This document shows, piece after piece, positions 1-7,801 of a stretch of DNA of 10,952 nt (its first letter is position 1; each line of letters begins with the position of its first letter). The stretch is from contig JAUQYZ020000224.1 in NCBI GenBank assembly GCA_030587475.2, forward strand, positions 1-10,952. Direction: 5' to 3'. Source of the DNA: Candidatus Sigynarchaeum calidifontis. Lineage in GTDB: Archaea > Asgardarchaeota > Lokiarchaeia > Sigyniarchaeales > Sigyniarchaeaceae. The notes under the pieces are model-generated. The model searched no databases and had not been told where the DNA came from. It worked only from the letters and a program-made list of their open reading frames with translations. Both the position numbers and the translations under genes were made by a program.

Positions 1-27
1 TTCTTTTTTATTTCTCCGGGATAACAT
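1..27 (-). CDS. Possible 5' end of a divergently transcribed gene running off the left edge (MLSRRNKKE...)
   Basis: Minus-strand ATG at 27-25 is open to the window edge (9 codons) and preceded by GTGAAGTGATC (SD-like). Too short to confirm; the same T-rich stretch could be a terminator of a + strand gene. Confidence 0.25.
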
Positions 28-143
28 AGCGATCACTTCACTATCCCTAGGCCTGCCACCGGGACAGAACACAATCGCCTCGGATAGCGCGGGTGGCCAG
101 CGTGCTCGAGCAAGTTGCGCATCGTCGTTGACGATCTTGGGGT

Positions 144-188
144 TGGTCACCCAATATAGTGACCATGTTATACAAATTGTGGGACATG
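144..188. promoter_or_regulatory. Two abutting dyad elements (putative transcription factor operators) upstream of the phosphoesterase gene
   Basis: TGGTCAC(144-150)-N8-GTGACCA(159-165), and CATGT-N3-ACAA-A-TTGT-N3-ACATG (164-188). The second lies directly before a T-rich TATA-like stretch. Confidence 0.45.
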
Positions 189-233
189 TTTTTTATCCAC
201 TCCAGGACCAGAGCCAATCAAGCATCATGGTGA
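189..233 (+). promoter_or_regulatory. TATA-like box and GGTGA Shine-Dalgarno-like motif for the 243 CDS
   Basis: TTTTTTAT at 189-196; GGTGA at 229-233, 9 nt before the ATG at 243. Confidence 0.4.
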
Positions 234-242
234 AAGGCTGAA

Positions 243-1604
243 ATGCGAGCTTGGAAACCAAGTTCCAGGACGGCAAAATTTGCCGCTTTATTGTTCACGT
301 GGGGCAGCTTCGCCTTGCTCCTCGCCGGGGGACTAATGCTGCTCGAATTCTACGAGGAGAGCGTTACCCCATATATTGGATCCTTTTGCATCGTGGTTAT
401 CGGGACGGGAACGATGTTCGCATTCTTGACGTGGGGAATTTTGCGTGACAAGAAGATCTCGACTGCCGATCGCGTGCCTCTCGTCTTTTGGACATGTATC
501 GTGCTCGCCGGTGGCATGGCGGGCACGATCATCGCGGGCCCGAAGTTGAACGAGTATATCTCCACGTCGCCCTACCTCACGTGGATCGACGGGCAGGATC
601 CGAGCTCTGCAATCACGGTCAATTGGATCACGACATATCCAACTACCGATTCTGTTTCTTACGGGACGAACCGCTGGTCGCTCACGCAAGTCGCACCTGC
701 CGGCGTCAACACGCGCTTCCACCACGCAGTATTGACCGGCTTGGCGTCAAACACGACCTATTATTACCAGGTGCCTGGATTTCCCGTCAAACAATTTAAA
801 ACTGCCCCGACGGGTGCGTTCAATTTCACTTTTTACGCGTGGACGGATCACAGGACGAATTCGGATTATGTTCTATCTTGCTTCCAGCCGAACGTCGTGG
901 AGGGCATCGCGTCCTACGCCGCCACGAAAGGGGTGCCGGGCGCATTTAGCATCTGCTGCGGGGATATCACATCCACGTCCAACGATTATCAAGGCTGGGA
1001 CGTGTTCTTCAACGACATTGCCTACCAGGATTGGACGGCCAACAAGTCGCTGCAGCTAATCTATGGCAACCACGAGCGGAACGGCGACCCGGGTAAAGTC
1101 ATCGTAAAGAACATGTTCCCGTACCCGCAAAAGGCTGACACCAACTTTTTTTACTCGTTCGATTACGGTATGGCGCACTTCATCATGCTAGACCCTTATG
1201 ACATCGGCCACTCGTGGTCGTCCGAGTTCTCGGCAGAGCAACTCGCGTGGCTCGAGAGCGATCTCGCGGCGAGCACGGACGCGAACTTTACCTTGATTTT
1301 CATGCACCCGCCCCCGTGGAGCCTTGGCGGCGTGAGGACAGCGCTCGCGCGGTTGGTCAATATCGAGGGCTACGACATCGACGTTATTTTTTGCGGCCAT
1401 GACCACGTCTTTGACCGCCGGATCCTCGCCACAACCTCGATCCCGGTGCTCACGCTTGGTCTCGGCGGAAACCCGACCAGTGAATACAGCGATTTTGATT
1501 GCGACACGGCATTCGCACGGTTCGACATCTCGACCACCGGGATCGAGGTGACGTCCATATTCATCAACGGTACCATCCTGGACACCTTCACGATCCCGGC
1601 GTGA
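243..1604 (+). CDS. Membrane-anchored metallophosphoesterase (3 N-terminal TM helices + purple acid phosphatase N-terminal FN3-like domain + calcineurin-like catalytic domain)
   Basis: Three hydrophobic segments in aa ~13-100. FN3-like 'ITVNWIT...VSYG...HHAVLTGLASNTTYYYQV...FKTAP'. Metal motifs D(HR) 846-854, GD 960-965, GNHE 1065-1076, FMHPP, GHDH 1395-1406. Confidence 0.88.
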   Translation: MRAWKPSSRTAKFAALLFTWGSFALLLAGGLMLLEFYEESVTPYIGSFCIVVIGTGTMFAFLTWGILRDKKISTADRVPLVFWTCIVLAGGMAGTIIAGPKLNEYISTSPYLTWIDGQDPSSAITVNWITTYPTTDSVSYGTNRWSLTQVAPAGVNTRFHHAVLTGLASNTTYYYQVPGFPVKQFKTAPTGAFNFTFYAWTDHRTNSDYVLSCFQPNVVEGIASYAATKGVPGAFSICCGDITSTSNDYQGWDVFFNDIAYQDWTANKSLQLIYGNHERNGDPGKVIVKNMFPYPQKADTNFFYSFDYGMAHFIMLDPYDIGHSWSSEFSAEQLAWLESDLAASTDANFTLIFMHPPPWSLGGVRTALARLVNIEGYDIDVIFCGHDHVFDRRILATTSIPVLTLGLGGNPTSEYSDFDCDTAFARFDISTTGIEVTSIFINGTILDTFTIPA

Positions 1605-1627
1605 GCTCGCTGGTTCCTCCATTTAGC

Positions 1628-1634
1628 TTTTTTT
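1628..1634 (+). terminator. Oligo-T (archaeal-type) terminator candidate after the phosphoesterase
   Basis: T7 run 24 nt after the stop codon, with no GC-rich stem in front of it. Confidence 0.45.
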
Positions 1635-1685
1635 GCTCACGGCTCGTTATACTATTCCTCCATCAATGCATCATGGGCATATGCC

Positions 1686-2537
1686 ATGAAGATCCCCGCA
1701 AAACCGCTCGCACGCGGCATGAACTGGGTCGTGAAGATAGACGAGTTGCCGTGGGATGACCCGCGAAACGCGAAAATGGACTTTGCTATCCTGTTGCTCG
1801 AAAAAAGCCAGACCATCGTTATCGACCAGCCCCTCGAAAAGGCGTTCTTGCTGCTAAAAGGTGACGCCGTGCTATCGTGGAAGGACATGATCACGGGTAA
1901 AGTCATCGAGAAGAATGTAAAGCGCGCATCATTTTTCGACGAGGATCCGCATTGCTTGCACGTGCCTGCATCCGTGGCCGTCACGATCACCTCCGCCGCT
2001 TCGGTTCAAAGCGAGCTTGCCATCTTCATGACGCGGAACGAGACTTCTTTTTCCCCGAAGCTCTACCTCCCTTCCGAATGCCGCAGCGAGCAGCGGGGCG
2101 AGGGTACCATGCGCGAGACGTCGACCCGCATCGTGCGCACGATCTTCGACATCGACAACGCGCCCGATGCCAAGCTCGTCCTCGGCGAGGTCATCAATTA
2201 CCCCGGGAAATGGTCGAGCTATCCCCCGCACAAGCACCCCCAACCCGAGATATACCACTACCGGTTCTTGCCGGAGAACGGGTTCGGGTTTTGCATGCTC
2301 GGCGAGGACGTGGTGAAGGTAAAGCACGGCGACACGGTCAAGATCTTTGGCGTCGAGCACCCGCAAACGGCGGGACCTGGCTATGCAATGTTCTACATCT
2401 GGGCCATCCGCCATCTCGACGGGAACCCGTACGGCGCCAAGTTCGGAACTCCCATCTTCGACCCCGAACACGCGTGGGTCATGAAAAAGGAGAACGATGA
2501 TAAGATCTGGCCACCGCCGGCCAAGTTCAAGAAGTGA
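1686..2537 (+). CDS. iolB: 5-deoxy-glucuronate isomerase (IolB/KduI cupin family)
   Basis: 'R...R.VRTIFD...LVLGEVINYPGKWSSYPPHKH..PEIYHYRF.PENGFG' is the IolB signature; the stop lies 7 bp before iolD. Confidence 0.92.
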   Translation: MKIPAKPLARGMNWVVKIDELPWDDPRNAKMDFAILLLEKSQTIVIDQPLEKAFLLLKGDAVLSWKDMITGKVIEKNVKRASFFDEDPHCLHVPASVAVTITSAASVQSELAIFMTRNETSFSPKLYLPSECRSEQRGEGTMRETSTRIVRTIFDIDNAPDAKLVLGEVINYPGKWSSYPPHKHPQPEIYHYRFLPENGFGFCMLGEDVVKVKHGDTVKIFGVEHPQTAGPGYAMFYIWAIRHLDGNPYGAKFGTPIFDPEHAWVMKKENDDKIWPPPAKFKK

Positions 2538-2544
2538 AGCAAAC

Positions 2545-4452
2545 ATGCCACACGAGAAAACGATCCGTTTGACCATGGCGCAGGCACTCGTGAAGTTCCT
2601 GGGCCAACAATACATCGAGATCGACGGGACGAGGCATAAATTCGTGAAGGGCGTGCTCGGCATCTTCGGGCACGGCCAGGTGACTGGCCTCGGCCAAGCG
2701 CTCGAGCAATTCCATGAAATCTTGAAATACTACCGCATACAGAACGAGCAAGGCGGCGCGCTGCTCGCGACGGGTGCCGCGAAGCACCTCAACAGGTTAG
2801 GCTGCTTTGCCGTGACGTCATCGATCGGGCCGGGCACGACCAACCTCGTGACCGCGGCCGCCGCGGCGACGACGAACCATGTCCCTCTACTGCTATTAAC
2901 AGGAGATATCTTCGTCGACCGCCAGCCCGATCCCGTCCTCCAGCAGATCGAGCACCCGCATGACTTGAACATCCAGGCAAGCGACGCCTTGCGCCCTGTT
3001 TGCCGGTACTGGGATCGCATCGTCCACCCGCAGGCACTAATGACCAGTGCGATCAACGCGATGCGTGTCCTGACCGACCCGGTCGACACGGGCGCGGTAT
3101 GCATGGCTCTTCCCCAAGACATCCAAGACGTCGCTTACGACTACCCGGAGGAATTCTTCAAGGAACGCGTCCACCGCATCGATCGTCGCCCGATTTCGAA
3201 GGCATCGCTCGACGTTGTGGTCAAAAAGATCCAATCGAAGAAACGTCCCTTGATCATTGCAGGCGGCGGCGTGCACTATTCCCTCGCCACGAAATCGCTC
3301 AAGTCGCTCGTCGAACGGACTGGTATCCCCGTCTCGTTTACGACTTCGGGAAATAGCGCCTTGCGGTGGGATCACCCCCAGAACCTCGGCGGGACAGGCG
3401 TGATGGGCACGGCGGCTGCTAACATAATCGCAAAATCGGCTGACTTGATCATTGCCATCGGCACGCGGCTCATGGACTTCACGACCGTGTCGAAGGCCGC
3501 GTTCCAAGCTCCCGGCGTCGAGATCGTGGCGATCAACGTTTCCAATTTCGATGCGTACAAGATGGACGCGATCCAAGTGCTTGCCGATGCGCGGGAGGCG
3601 ATAGACGCGATCAACAAGGAGCTGACGGCCGCCGGGTACCATGTCGATGCCGCTTACCAGGCCGAGTACACCAGGCTCAAGCAGGCATGGGACAAGGAGG
3701 TCGATCGCCTCAGGGGAATCAAGCCAGATGCGGGCGATGTCCACTTGCCACAGCCAGCAGCCATCGGCGTGCTCAACGATTTCATGGGGGATGACGACAT
3801 CGTCATCAACGCCGCGGGCAGCATGCCCGGCGACCTCCTCCGGACGTGGCGGTGCAAAGAGCCAAAGACCTTCCACGTCGAATACGCGTATTCGACTATG
3901 GGTTATGAAATTGCCGCGGGGCTCGGTATCAAGCTCGTTGACCCGGATCGCAACGTGTACGTGATCCAGGGCGATGGCGGGTATCTCATGATGCACACGG
4001 AGATCGTCACGAGTCTCATGGAACACAAGAAGCTCGTGATCTTGCTGTTCGACAGCGAGGGCTTCAACAGCATCAACGGCCTCGCGACCGGGCACGGCTC
4101 CGAAGGCTTCGGCAAGGGCTCCAAGGGCTTCGGGAACGAGCTGCGCGATCGTGATCCCGAGACCGACAAGCTTGTCGGGCCCATCCACTTGATCGACTAT
4201 GCTGCCAGCGCACGCGCCTATGGTGCCGCCGCATACACGGTCAAGTCCCTCGAGGAGCTCAAGGAAGCACTCCAAAAGGCGCAAAAGGAAGACAAGACCA
4301 CGCTCATCCACTTGAAGATCAAGGAATTTTCGCAATCCCCCAACTACGAGTCGTGGTGGCGGGTCGGCGTGGCGGAAGTGAGCACGATGCCCAAGGTCAA
4401 GGCCGCCCGGGCGAAAATGGACGAGAACATGAAGACGGTACGCAAGTATTGA
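2545..4452 (+). CDS. iolD: 3D-(3,5/4)-trihydroxycyclohexane-1,2-dione acylhydrolase (ThDP-dependent)
   Basis: N-terminus 'TIRLTMAQALVKFL', 'GIFGHG', 'NEQG', 'TSSIGPG', 'RQPDPVLQQIE', 'EYAYSTMGYEIAAGLG', 'GDGGYLM', C-terminal 'WWRVGVAEVS'. ATG 2545 preferred over the track start 2497, which overlaps iolB. Confidence 0.96.
   Translation: MPHEKTIRLTMAQALVKFLGQQYIEIDGTRHKFVKGVLGIFGHGQVTGLGQALEQFHEILKYYRIQNEQGGALLATGAAKHLNRLGCFAVTSSIGPGTTNLVTAAAAATTNHVPLLLLTGDIFVDRQPDPVLQQIEHPHDLNIQASDALRPVCRYWDRIVHPQALMTSAINAMRVLTDPVDTGAVCMALPQDIQDVAYDYPEEFFKERVHRIDRRPISKASLDVVVKKIQSKKRPLIIAGGGVHYSLATKSLKSLVERTGIPVSFTTSGNSALRWDHPQNLGGTGVMGTAAANIIAKSADLIIAIGTRLMDFTTVSKAAFQAPGVEIVAINVSNFDAYKMDAIQVLADAREAIDAINKELTAAGYHVDAAYQAEYTRLKQAWDKEVDRLRGIKPDAGDVHLPQPAAIGVLNDFMGDDDIVINAAGSMPGDLLRTWRCKEPKTFHVEYAYSTMGYEIAAGLGIKLVDPDRNVYVIQGDGGYLMMHTEIVTSLMEHKKLVILLFDSEGFNSINGLATGHGSEGFGKGSKGFGNELRDRDPETDKLVGPIHLIDYAASARAYGAAAYTVKSLEELKEALQKAQKEDKTTLIHLKIKEFSQSPNYESWWRVGVAEVSTMPKVKAARAKMDENMKTVRKY
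4096..4137 (+). repeat. 21-bp in-frame tandem duplication inside iolD (GSEGFGK/GSKGFGN)
   Basis: GGCTCCGAAGGCTTCGGCAAG (4096-4116) vs GGCTCCAAGGGCTTCGGGAAC (4117-4137): 17/21 identical. Confidence 0.7.
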
Positions 4453-4458
4453 TGCGCC

Positions 4459-4487
4459 CTCTTTTTCCAGCTTTACTTTTTATCTTT
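4459..4487 (+). terminator. Pyrimidine/oligo-T terminator candidate for iolBD, overlapping the 3' end of the convergent hydrolase gene
   Basis: CTCTTTTTCCAGCTTTACTTTTTATCTTT follows the iolD stop; only 20 bp separate the convergent stop codons. Confidence 0.4.
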
Positions 4488-5615
4488 GCTCAACGAAGTG
4501 AACGCGGCGATCGCGGCATCGTTGCCCTGGAGGGCATTGGCCGGGCGCGGGTGGCTTGAATCGAACGCGGCCATGGTTTCACGGGTCTCTATAATGTTAC
4601 TTGCCATGTCCCACGTCCCGTCAGCGTTCTTGGCACCATCGATGGCGAGCCGGAGATGCTTGGCGAAAAATGCGAAGACCTGGGCTCGCTTGGATGGGCC
4701 ATAATCATGTTTCTCGTCGGGGATGTGGAATTGCTCGAGCTTGTCCGCGGCCCCGTAGAGCTCGTAGTGATGCCGAATGAACGGGTACTCGAGCACGGGC
4801 ACGAACCTGCTCCAGTCCCTCCCGATGGAGACGATGAGCTGGGGGCGCGGGGCGGCCATGGCCGCGATCTCGGCGTTATTCGTCTTGTAGCCGGCTCCCT
4901 TGTGTATCGGCATCCCGCTCTCGCAAATGCAACCGCCGAAAAAGAACGACGACACCATGACCACCGGTGCGCTTATTGTGACCCGGTCATCGATCGCCGC
5001 AAGCATGAACGCTTGCGTCCCGCCTCCAGATGCCCCGCTCACGCCGACCCGCGACGGGTCAGCACGTGGCAAGGACAAGGCGAAATCGAGGGAGCGGATC
5101 GAGTTCCAGAGCTGCATCTGGAAAGCTCGGGGGTTGTTGTGGGATACTTGCGTACTATCGTTATAACCGACCATGTCATAGGCGAAGGCATAAGCCCCCA
5201 TCCGGGCCATCGTCGCTGCGAGGTGCTGGAGGTCGGGCTCGAAGCGGCCGAGCTTGAAGTGACCGTGCGGGAGCAAGACGATGGCCACGCTCTTCGGCAA
5301 ATCCAACGGGGAGTACAAGTTTCCCGACACGTAAAAACCCGGGATGCTCTCGAAAAACACGTTCTCCACGGCATATGTCCCGTGCTCCCTGCGGCTATGG
5401 ATGACGGGGTTCAGCGGGGACTTCGCGGGCGGTGGCCACAAGCCCGCAGTGGAAAGGATGCCCTGGCGGATGGTGGCCTTGCGTGCCTCCCACGCGTCCC
5501 TGGTCGGTGCGAGCTTGAGCAATTTTCTCAAGTTTTGCTCGCCGTAGGAGCGGAAGCGAAAACCCAATGCCCACTTGTAGGCCTTGTCTGCGATGGTATA
5601 GCGTGGCTGCACCAT
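4473..5615 (-). CDS. Alpha/beta-hydrolase, acetylxylan esterase-like carbohydrate esterase
   Basis: Nucleophile elbow GASGGG (5019-5036), 'VENVFFESIPGFYVSGNLYSP', 'LLPHGH', 'YDMVGY', 'GGCICESG', 'AAPRPQLIVS.G.DW', and candidate catalytic His in 'EKHDYG'. No signal peptide evident. Confidence 0.85.
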   Translation of the reverse strand: MVQPRYTIADKAYKWALGFRFRSYGEQNLRKLLKLAPTRDAWEARKATIRQGILSTAGLWPPPAKSPLNPVIHSRREHGTYAVENVFFESIPGFYVSGNLYSPLDLPKSVAIVLLPHGHFKLGRFEPDLQHLAATMARMGAYAFAYDMVGYNDSTQVSHNNPRAFQMQLWNSIRSLDFALSLPRADPSRVGVSGASGGGTQAFMLAAIDDRVTISAPVVMVSSFFFGGCICESGMPIHKGAGYKTNNAEIAAMAAPRPQLIVSIGRDWSRFVPVLEYPFIRHHYELYGAADKLEQFHIPDEKHDYGPSKRAQVFAFFAKHLRLAIDGAKNADGTWDMASNIIETRETMAAFDSSHPRPANALQGNDAAIAAFTSLSKDKK

Positions 5616-5683
5616 GCATTATCACGGGATGAGGCAATGAAGGCACCTATGCTTTTTTGGGTTTCCCGGTGAGAGATCGTATC

Positions 5684-7531
5684 ATGAGTCAAAAACCAAA
5701 CGTCCTCATCTTTTTCACGGATGACCAGCGGTTCGACACGATCCACGCGCTGGGGTACGACGAAATGATCACGCCGAACATGGATCGCCTCGTGGCGATG
5801 GGCACCGCGTTCACGCACGCGCACATCCCGAGCGGCACGAGCGGGGCAGTCTGCATGCCTAGCAGGGCGATGCTCTTGACTGGTCGATCCTTGTTTCACA
5901 TCCACGGTGCTGGCGAGACCATACCGGCAAGCCATGCCATGATCGGGGCAACTCTCCGCGAGCACGGATACAAGACGATCGGCATCGGCAAGTGGCACAA
6001 CGGCAAGGAGACCTTCAACCGGTGTTTTTCCGATGGAAGGGAAATATTTTTCGGAGGCATGGCGGATCACTGGAACGTCCCCGCCTTTGACTACGACCCC
6101 GCGGGCAAGTACGTTGGCAGCTGCAAGTACATCAAGGACCCGTTTCGCTCGAACAAGGTCGAGTTCCGGGACTACGACCACATGCAAGAGGGAAAGCATT
6201 CCAGCGAGCTGCTCGCCGGAGCCGCCATTCAATGGCTCCAAGAACACGACAAGTCGGTGCCCTTCTTCATGTACCTCGCATTCCTTGCACCGCACGATCC
6301 TCGAACGATGCCCGAGCGCTTCTTGAACATGTACGACGAGAACAAGATCAAGCTTCCGCCCAATTTCATGCCCAAGCACCCGTTCGACAACGGCGACTTG
6401 TACGGCCGGGACGAGAACCTTGCCCCGTGGCCACGCACTCCCGAGATCGTGCGCCGTCACCTGAAGGAATACTACGCCATGATCACGCACCTCGATCACG
6501 AGATCGGGCGGGTGCTCGACGTGCTCGAAGCGCGGGGAATGCTGGACAACACGATCATCGTCCTCGCCGGGGACAACGGGCTTGCGATAGGCCAGCATGG
6601 CCTCTTCGGAAAGCAAAGTTGCTATGAACATAGCAACCGCGTGCCGCTGGTCTTCGCCGGGCCAGGCATCCCGGTGGGCAAGCGGTCCGACGCTTACGTG
6701 TATCTGTTCGACATCTACCCCACGATCTGCGAGCTGTTGGGCATTGAAATTCCTCCCGGCGTCGACGGGCGGCCATTGCTGTCCAGCATGAAGGATGCAA
6801 GCGATAAGCAGCGCGAGTACATGTTTTATGCCCACCGTGGCTTCACGCATTCGGTCAAGGATCGAAAATACAAGCTCATCGAAACCGTGCTCGGCGGGAA
6901 GCACGCGAAAACCCAATTATTCGATATCGATACAGACCCGTGGGAGACCCAGGACTTGGCCGGCGACCCGCATCAGAGCGGCACGATCCGGCGGCTGCGC
7001 GAGCAGCTTGCCCGGTACCGGGACGAGTGGGACGAGCTCGACACGCCGTGGGGCATCGAGTTTTGGCGAGGACTTGCAAGGACATGTCCCGACTTGTGCA
7101 AGGAACCGGCCTTGTTCGCCACGAACCGGGTAGCAATCGAGGGGACGATCCTGATCGATGATGACGGCGTCGTATGTATGAAGGTACAATTCTCGCCGCA
7201 AAACACGGCCTTGTTCGACGTGCCGATACAGGAGCTGGTCGAATTCGCCCTGGACAAGGAGATCGTGCTCCAAGTGTCGGGTAAGAGCCATGTCGGCCAG
7301 CTGCATGTTGATGCCAGGGGTCATCTAGCCTTCACGAGGCGCGAGGGACGTGAAACAGTCCCTGTTACATCGTTGATCCCGGCACAACTCGTCGGCACGG
7401 CCGCCGTCCTGCAATCATGGTCTGATATCCCTGATAAGGACATCGCGATGCTGGCCGGTACAGATGCGAACGCAGAGGCGGTCAAGGCACTCGCCATGCC
7501 GAGGGTCATCATCCGGGCAGCTCGGCCCTAA
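5684..7531 (+). CDS. Formylglycine-dependent (S1) sulfatase with ~150 aa C-terminal extension
   Basis: '[13 protein letters not shown]', CxPxR motif '[12 protein letters not shown]' (5852-), 'GKWH', 'APHDP', 'GDNG...GQHGLFGKQ', 'DIYPTICEL'. ATG 5684 with GGTGA at 5668-5672. Confidence 0.93.
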   Translation: MSQKPNVLIFFTDDQRFDTIHALGYDEMITPNMDRLVAMGTAFTHAHIPSGTSGAVCMPSRAMLLTGRSLFHIHGAGETIPASHAMIGATLREHGYKTIGIGKWHNGKETFNRCFSDGREIFFGGMADHWNVPAFDYDPAGKYVGSCKYIKDPFRSNKVEFRDYDHMQEGKHSSELLAGAAIQWLQEHDKSVPFFMYLAFLAPHDPRTMPERFLNMYDENKIKLPPNFMPKHPFDNGDLYGRDENLAPWPRTPEIVRRHLKEYYAMITHLDHEIGRVLDVLEARGMLDNTIIVLAGDNGLAIGQHGLFGKQSCYEHSNRVPLVFAGPGIPVGKRSDAYVYLFDIYPTICELLGIEIPPGVDGRPLLSSMKDASDKQREYMFYAHRGFTHSVKDRKYKLIETVLGGKHAKTQLFDIDTDPWETQDLAGDPHQSGTIRRLREQLARYRDEWDELDTPWGIEFWRGLARTCPDLCKEPALFATNRVAIEGTILIDDDGVVCMKVQFSPQNTALFDVPIQELVEFALDKEIVLQVSGKSHVGQLHVDARGHLAFTRREGRETVPVTSLIPAQLVGTAAVLQSWSDIPDKDIAMLAGTDANAEAVKALAMPRVIIRAARP

Positions 7532-7606
7532 CGATCGTCCTTTGATCCTCCATCAGAACAACTTGGCTACCACAAGAGTCGCCGGGTGCCATTTTTCGAG
7601 GTGTCC

Positions 7607-7627
7607 CGGGGAAGCTTTTAAACCCCG
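7607..7627 (+). promoter_or_regulatory. Archaeal-type TATA box candidate for iolEG inside an inverted repeat
   Basis: CGGGG-AAGC-TTTTAAA(7616-7622)-CCCCG; purine-rich bases precede the TATA box (BRE-like position). Confidence 0.45.
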
Positions 7628-7663
7628 ACGTGGATTTAGGTGGCGAACACTTACTTGATCAGC

Positions 7664-7706
7664 CGATGTACAATTTCTTCCATAACATGTTTCAAAAAAG
7701 ACATCG
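7664..7706. promoter_or_regulatory. Putative operator upstream of iolE
   Basis: ATGT(7666-7669)-N15-ACATGTTT(7685-7692) has the same spacing as the motif at 165-191. CGATGT (7664-7669) and ACATCG (7701-7706) are also inverted repeats. Confidence 0.4.
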
Positions 7707-7801
7707 ACCAAATCACTTCGGGATCGAGATGTAAGCATCCTGTTATTCAAATCGCGTGATGGTAAAAGGATTTCAATCATCTAATGGAGGAATCGAGTGA
7801 A

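Noticed and set aside
243-1604. Calling the gene a true purple acid phosphatase or proven phytase
   Set aside because: The GDxxY tyrosine is absent and substrate cannot be read from sequence; kept only as a hypothesis.
1985-1994. GATCACCTCC, identical to the 16S rRNA 3' end
   Set aside because: Lies inside iolB coding sequence with no other rRNA similarity; coincidental.
2497-2544. Longer N-terminus for IolD given by the ORF track
   Set aside because: Overlaps the iolB 3' end; IolD-like sequence starts at ATG 2545.
1929-2663. 244-aa minus ORF and other short Arg/Ser-rich alternative-frame ORFs across the window
   Set aside because: They overlap well-supported genes and have off-frame amino acid composition.
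3037-4335. 432-aa minus-strand ORF antisense to iolD
   Set aside because: Shadow ORF typical of GC-rich codon bias; no recognisable motifs and fully overlaps a confident gene.
4656-5672. 338-aa plus-strand ORF opposite the esterase
   Set aside because: The minus-strand ORF holds all the hydrolase motifs; this frame is its shadow.
5657-5683. TTG start extension of the sulfatase
   Set aside because: ATG 5684 directly precedes the typical 'KPNVL' start and has a GGTGA motif upstream.
5528-6916. 462-aa minus-strand ORF antisense to the sulfatase
   Set aside because: Antisense shadow frame with no family features.
7553-7780. 75-aa minus-strand ORF in the iolE upstream region
   Set aside because: No recognisable features; the region is better explained as promoter and leader.
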